Below the pieces are notes generated by a model, which made no database searches, was not told the DNA's origin, and worked only from the letters and a program-made list of their open reading frames with translations. A program made the translations under genes and the position numbers. From Octopus vulgaris (taxonomy: Eukaryota), in the NCBI GenBank assembly GCA_951406725.2, contig OX597819.1, forward strand, positions 67,518,001-67,582,000: a stretch of 64,000 nucleotides of DNA, given 5' to 3'. Numbering within the stretch: position 1 is the first letter of the stretch; the number at the start of each line of letters is the position of its first letter. Of the stretch, positions 56,981 to 64,000 are shown in pieces.

Positions 56981-58199
56981 ATATATGTATATATTTGTAT
57001 GTATAAAGAAGATAGAAAATGGTGAAATATCGATGAACAACAATTGACTTACATCAATTATTATTTAATTCAGAACAATTACACCGCATCTCATCTACCA
57101 TCTGTTTCTGCTTTCTGTGTTGTATGGTATTGCCATTGATATGCTAAAAATATTTATCATATACGGTAATGAAAAAGATCTGGAACTTTGACTTTCATCA
57201 GAGTGAAGAATAAATAAAGAAGAAGAGAATAGAGAAGGAAAGGGTAACATTTGAATATTGTTGTAATCATACATTTTTCTTGCGTATCGCTTTTGGACCA
57301 TAAGTAAATGACTAAACCAAAAGTAACAATTGGTAGATTAATCATTTGTACGGCGGCTATAGGATTGATGGACAATAAAAAACAAAAAGATAACAGTGGG
57401 ATATGCCAATAGGTTTTCGCCAGGCTAGGACTGAAGATGCAATAAGATTTTACATTAATCATAATAATTTATTATATAATAATTATGTTTGTAATACTAA
57501 TTGATAGTTTTGATAAATATAACAATTAAGTGTTATATTTATTTATTTAATAGCAGGTGGTTTATCCCCTCCACTTTTGTAATTGGTAAGTTGAAATTTA
57601 CAAAACCCGACCAGCAATTGAGACTGTTATATCGGGGTAAGATAAATAAGTAGTCATTAGTATAGTAAGTGTCATTAGTATACTATAAAACAGTATACTA
57701 ATGAAGAAAAAATTGAACATACATATGCATACACTCATATAAATATATATATTATATAGTATTAGTAAATGTATTATTATTTTACAAGTTGTTATTATGT
57801 GAAGAGATAATTTGTAAGAGATTTTTAGTGTTGGAAAAACCAATCTCAGCGGTATGTGTTTTTATAAAAGAGTAATACCTAAAAGTCTTTGTAAAATTCC
57901 TAATAAATGCTTCAGGAAACTGCAATGGGAAATTAGATTTAATTTGCCTCCCGTATAGAATAATTAACCAAATGGTTTTACTACTAGCTATCTTATTTTT
58001 AGTGTAGTTATCTTTGAAAAACTTAAATTTACCTTTAGAATGAAAATAGGGAATTAAATAAGGGTTATCTCCCTTCCTCCGTTTTGATTTGGTGTATAAA
58101 TTAAAATTGATATCGTTAGTTTCCTTACAATACGGGTGTGGTGTTGGGGTCTGGGTGTGTGCGTGCGTGTGTGTGTATAGCTGTTATCGTAATGATTGT

Positions 58200-59340
58200 G
58201 GATGGGGATATACTTCCACATTGTTAAAACACAATTATATAGATTACCTGGACAGTGCAAACTTCACTTAAGGAGGATTAATTCGGTGTATTGAAAACAA
58301 GGATTTTGCATTATGGAAGCAGAAATGTATATATCGATTTTCTATACAACAAAATGTTTACGTGTAATGTTGTTACGTCCCTAATGCTAGCTATAAAATT
58401 CAATATTGCCTTCTGGATCGCCACTTAAATCTCCGCCAGCAACGTGTATATATATTGTCAAAAAACCACAATAGCTGCAATGTTACAGTCATCGTATATT
58501 CTATTCTACACAGAATTTTGTTGAACTCATCGAATATCTTCCAGATATCTAAATGAATCTGAACGGAATTAAGTGAAAACGATGATATCTACTATATTTC
58601 ACATATAATATAATATAATATAATATATTCGGATCTTGAAGTTTTTATTTCTTCTCGAATTATTGTTTCACATGAATTTGGAATATTTATTCGTGACTAA
58701 TTTATGCTACATTAGTGTAGCTGTCCGGCCATCATTTCCGCAACCCGTCTCAGAATTACATATTTACATGTGATTGGAATGGATCACCGTGAATCGAAAG
58801 GCTTCACTTCAGGACAACGCACACTGCAGGTTTGGGAATCAAACACACCATATTAAGGTCTTTAGTGTAACACGCTATGCCCCAAAACCATGCATTTAAG
58901 ACAGCCAACACTTGAAAAAAACAATGTAAACATTTAGTCGTTGTGTCTTTCTAACAAACTATCATAGTTACATATATACACACACGTACATCCACCACGT
59001 ACCAATATATGCATAGATAGATATACCTGCATAGAAAAACATTTACAGTTTTATATGTTTATTATTATTGTTGTTGCTGTTGTTGTTGTTGCTTCTGTTG
59101 TTCTGTGTACACATCATCCGTTCCTGGTGGTGTAATACGTCTATTAGATGTCCAAACAGAAATGACTTCGGAGGCACTCTCAAATTTCAAGCTGTTTTAC
59201 TAAGCTTTCTCTGAGTACCAAGGACTCTTCTGATCTCTTTGCCAGGCCCTGATATTGTCTTAAAATTTATTAAGAATTTTCAATTCTGCTCCTACAATAT
59301 CAAGCTCCCCGTGTACAACTGAAGCGACCCTAAAATTTAC
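58200..59340 (+). repeat. Conserved upstream block of the GPCR unit (copy 6)
   Basis: Colinear with 41630-42860. Confidence 0.85.
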
Positions 59341-59366
59341 CTTATTATTATTATTATTATTATTAT

Positions 59367-59405
<39 letters not shown>

Positions 59406-59439
59406 CAGCCGGCCATGTGCTAGAATTTTCAACCATTAC

Positions 59440-59470
<31 letters not shown>

Positions 59471-59558
59471 CTTCTTCTTCTTCTTCTTCTTCTTCTTCTT
59501 CTTCTTCTTCTTCATTTTATTATTATTATTGTTATTATTGTTATTATCACTATTATTA

Positions 59559-59622
<64 letters not shown>

Positions 59623-59642
59623 CATCATCATCATCATCATCA

Positions 59643-59765
<123 letters not shown>

Positions 59766-59768
59766 TTA

Positions 59769-59833
<65 letters not shown>

Positions 59834-59896
59834 AATATTATTGATAGCTTAAAATTAATTGTTTACTATTATCAGAATTGCCGAAAATTTGTGATA

Positions 59897-60820
59897 ATGA
59901 ATACAGAAGGCGGCATATTTAACAACTGTACCCTTGAAAATATTATAATAAGCATTTCTTCTTTTGATTCTGTGCGCTATGTATCAATAGTTTTGTTAAT
60001 TTTTGGAACTATCGGTAATGTAACCACGATAGCAATATTTTGCAGAAAATCCATACAGAAATCTAAAATTAATCCATATCTTCTCTGCCTTCTTATTGTC
60101 GATACTTTTCTAATCTTGACCACTTGTATAAGAAATATTTGGCTATCGTATAATTTATATTCTGTGAGAACAAAGACACACTGGTATGAATATAGGGCGT
60201 GGAATATCATCACTAGTATTATATTTACGTATTCTTCTTGGATAACCGTCAGTATTTCTGTTGAACGTTTGTTGGCGGTTTATTGTCCATTTTCACGACA
60301 CTCTTCTACAGAAAATGTTACCCCATACATTGTGATGTTTACCCTTCTTGTCATTGATATGTCTGAACACTATATGATAATTTTCATATTACCAAACGGC
60401 GAATATTCTTTCGCAATCGCTACGGCCTTTTATTCCTTGGTACCTGCAGCGTGTTTAGCTTTAAGCTCTATCATATTAATTTATAAATTATTCAGTCGAC
60501 CGAAACTCGGTCTGAATTCTCATAGAAGCCGTGCTACACGAAATGCGAACTCAATGTATATCATACTTACTATAAATATTGTATTTCTGTTAACAACGTT
60601 TCCTTCTTCCATTTATACATCTGTTAAAATATTTAGGTAGTGCAAAGTTGATACCATTTTCTATTTTTTGGAGATGCTATCCCTGACGAATAACTCTGTT
60701 AATTTCATCATGTATTTCGTAGCTAGTAAAACGTTTCGGGAAAATGTGAAGCGTATATGTTTGAAGAAGCGTAAAATAGCCAATAGACGGAATATGTATT
60801 GTATTGAAACGAAATTATAA
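59897..60820 (+). pseudogene. Class A GPCR paralog 6: full-length frame with a single premature TAG (codon 248)
   Basis: 924 nt like paralogs 4 and 5; TAG at 60638-60640; the frame continues CKVDTIFYFLEMLSLTNNSVNFIMYFVASKTFR...IETKL*. Confidence 0.9.
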
Positions 60821-60839
60821 CAATTAAACACATTTTGCT

Positions 60840-60889
<50 letters not shown>

Positions 60890-60897
60890 TAAAAATA

Positions 60898-61253
60898 TAA
60901 AGAGTGAAAAAACGACAGAAGGCTTAAATGTTAAAAAGTATATATATTTACGTCAATATGTCTGAAGAATATTAGAAAATTTTTTAAACAAATTTTTTTT
61001 CCTTTATAATGACATAATTTTTAAATAAAGACCGGTTTCGCATTTAGCTTTTCAAATTTCTTGTGACGTTATCACAATTTTTGTGACGTTATCACAAAGA
61101 AATTTGAAAAGCTAAATGCGAAACCCTTTCTTTAAAAATTATGTCATTATAAAGGAAAAAAATTTGTTTAATTTTCTAATATTCTTCAGACATATTGACG
61201 CAAATATATATATTTTTTAACATTTAAGCCTTCTGTCGTTTTTTCACTCTTTA
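60898..61253. repeat. Near-perfect ~170-bp-arm palindrome just 3' of GPCR copy 6
   Basis: TAAAGAGTGAAAAAACGACAGAAGG...CCTTCTGTCGTTTTTTCACTCTTTA; centre has duplicated TTGTGACGTTATCACAA. Confidence 0.93.
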
Positions 61254-61409
61254 CTATTTTAAATTGCATTGGGTAGGATTAGTAAAATTTTTTGGTAGAA
61301 ATGACTAATGTCCCTCTTAGCGGGTGGCATGTATGTGTAATAATGCCCTCTATATATAAATTAAAATATACATATATATGTGCAAGACACATATATATGT
61401 ATATGCTTT

Positions 61410-61700
61410 GTTTGATCCTTCTCGAGCCATGCCTGGCTAATAAGGGCCTGTTTCACGGTTTTCTTGGCATATAGGTTGCCCTTATGGACGGGACGCCGCT
61501 CCGTCGCATGTGCGCTGAAAGATTCAGGGGAAAAGAGTGAGAAAAGGTTGTGCCGAAGAAGTCAGAACCTCGCCTTTACCTTCTGCCGGAGGTGCGTGAA
61601 GCTTAGGTGCTTCGCTCATAAACACACACATCGTACGGTCTGTGATTCGAACCCGCGAGCCCTCGACTGTGAGTCCGCTGCTCCAACCACCAGGCCATGT
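61410..61700 (-). mobile_element. tRNA-derived SINE
   Basis: Minus strand TGGCCTGGTGG A box and GGTTCGAATC B box; related to 23733-24006. Confidence 0.8.
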
Positions 61701-61745
61701 ATATATATGTGTGTGGTGTGTGTCTGTGTGTGTCTGTGTGTGTCT

Positions 61746-61800
<55 letters not shown>

Positions 61801-62052
61801 GGCTTGAAAACTGAAAGATTTGTGATACATATTGGAAAAATTCTCTTGGCAGAATATGCTAAAACAATTTTACCGGCTAAATGAGAAGTATTTGAATACT
61901 ATACAAATATTCTTTTAAAATATACTTTTCATTTCATTTTTCCAAAATTTAATTGTTTTCCATAGTTATAGTTGAAAAATTTTCAATGACCGAAACTGGT
62001 ACTGACATGTTTTTTATAAAATTATTTTACCAATATATACCTTAGCATTTTC

Positions 62053-62095
<43 letters not shown>

Positions 62096-62619
62096 GCACA
62101 TATTTCAACTGCTAAAGGCAAATACACTGCAATTATCATGGAAAATCTCTCTTATTGTTAAAAGGTGTGAAAAAACCCCGTTCGACCAGTCGCCCTCTCG
62201 GGAAACTGAGCAATATATTGACAAACATTTGAACTAACGTAAATTGTGAACATACGTAAACACTGCTTGGCCCATTTACTCCAATATTTTTCTCGATCGG
62301 GCGATCTACCATCGTAAATCAGTCAATGTGTTGGCTGAATTATATATAAGCTAAAAGCTTTGTCAGTTCCTTCAGGGTTGCCCCTCCTACTTACATCTCG
62401 TTTGATTGCTGTTGCTTGTGTGAGTTTATTGTTATTGCACCATTTTTTACACTTTTTATACTCGTTGGATTTAAACTGCTATCGTTTAGTGAACGGTAAT
62501 TTTCGCCCTACTGGACAGAAAATTCTGCTTTGGTGATAATTAATTCTATAGAACGGTTTTTTCTGATTACACCGTTTGATCCCGTTGCATGGTAAAATAT
62601 TAATTTTTGTCATTGCCGA

Positions 62620-63400
62620 CAAGATAACGGAAGAAGTAAATCCAGCAGGATATGATGCAACGTGGATGGTGGCAGCTGTGATCTGTGATGTAAAGGAAGA
62701 GATGGTAATACTAGAAATGAAGAGGGAGGCAGTAAATTGGAGAGGGGGAGAGACCCTCGAAATGTTGGGGCAAGCTTTGAATGAAGTGTTGGAAACGCTG
62801 CCAGATAAGGTTTTCATAAGGGAGGGACTGAGCGTCAGATTTGCGATTGAGGGATGTAGGCCTCGGTTCTTCAAGTGTGGAGAAAAGGGATACGTCCGCT
62901 TGGAATGCGAAAAGCAAAAGAAAGGAAACAAGACTGAAGCCCCTCCTCAAAAGGAAAAAGAAAAAAAAACTGACAAACAATAAGAAAGGGGAGAAAAAGA
63001 AACAGAAGTAGTTGAGGGAAAGAAGACAAAGAGAAACAAAATACCCAAGAGACAAAATCAGGAAATATAATTCTAGTGGCGGAAGAGGACAAGGAGTTTA
63101 CGACGCTCATATCACACAAAAGAAAGAAGTCCCAAGCCCTGTGTCCCCCTCCCCAGACAAAGTAAAACAAGGATAAACACTACAAACACACAGGAAATAA
63201 TTCCCCAATCTACCTTCAAGTACGATTGAAGGAAAGGAGAAGATGCAAAAAGGCTGTTCCCCAGCATTTCGCCCGGTTGTTCAGGGAGAGCGACGCGCTG
63301 GGTCGTAAAAGGCCCTAAAGTACTTGCTCGCCGGTGGACCGCCACACTCGGCATGGGAGGCGGAATGCTGCGAAGGGCCGATTAAAGCTGCGGAGATCGA
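62620..63400 (+). mobile_element. Probable LINE ORF1 (gag-like) remnant
   Basis: IEGCRPRFFKCGEKGYVRLEC resembles a decayed CCHC zinc knuckle, followed by a Lys/Glu-rich tail with stops. Confidence 0.55.
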
Positions 63401-63799
63401 AGAGGTAACAATATGAGCATCTCTGACCCCGAGCAGTAGATATATAGGAGCATTATAGCCACGTGTTGAGAGCTGTTATTTGGGTTTTCAATTATCACAT
63501 CTGTAGGCGTAGGGCTTTTTTCAATCATCCTTAAAACAAAACTTATTTAGAGTCCTTGTAATTGGGATGGGCCAAACGACCTGAAGAAAATTCTAACTGG
63601 GCCCCGCTTGCAAGGTCATGCGTCGTTTTTCTTGATATGTCGGGGACATATGTTATTGATGCTTGTGCTCGATTTACCCTTATCAAACGAGTAAACATGT
63701 TGGGTATATTTGGGTTTCGTATAATTGTAACCCAGTGTCACGCAGATGGCATGCGCTGCACATTCACCAATTAATAATAATAACAATCGTTCCTACTTG

Positions 63800-63986
63800 A
63801 AGCACAAGGACTCGTATTTGAGGGGAAGGGACACGTCGTTTATATCGGCCCTAGTACTAAAGTGGTTTTTAATTTATCGACTCGGAAAGGGTGAAAAGTA
63901 TAGTCGAAGTCGGGGAGCAAAAGTAGCAGACGAAATACCGCTAAGCATTTCGCCTGTCGTGATAACGACTCTGTGAGCTCACCGCT
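63800..63986 (-). mobile_element. Degenerate SINE
   Basis: Reverse complement resembles the 1800 and 16400 family (CGAAATGCTTAGCGGTATTTCGTCTG, CCTTTCCGAGTCGATAAATT). Confidence 0.55.
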
Positions 63987-64000
63987 GTAATAATAATAAT

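Overview
AT-rich, microsatellite-dense animal genomic DNA. It is probably octopus/coleoid cephalopod, inferred only from the SINE and repeat families. The host-gene content is a head-to-tail + strand array of six intronless class A (rhodopsin-like) GPCR paralogs. Two are intact 307-aa genes (29541-30464, 43879-44802). One is full length with a single in-frame TAG (59897-60820), and three are decayed pseudogenes (776-1681, 10499-11753, 17351-18306). The receptors lack the canonical TM3-ECL2 cysteines, have a very short ECL2 and a hypervariable ECL1, and end in ETKL. The spacers are filled with mobile DNA: a Ty3/gypsy (Mag-like) LTR element with a nested CR1 LINE, a mariner with a nested SINE, DD37D transposase remnants, two non-autonomous Helitrons, R4/Dong-type LINE fragments in (TAA)n tracts, Penelope-like RT and GIY-YIG fragments, and several tRNA-derived SINEs. 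Reading the non-coding DNA by eye reveals type I hammerhead ribozymes with palindromic stem III. These include a 538-bp tandem/inverted repeat with three copies (52871-54305, retrozyme/pLTR-like) and a series of fold-back palindromes built from hammerhead-bearing repeats. Boundaries of decayed elements are approximate; no searches or folding were run.
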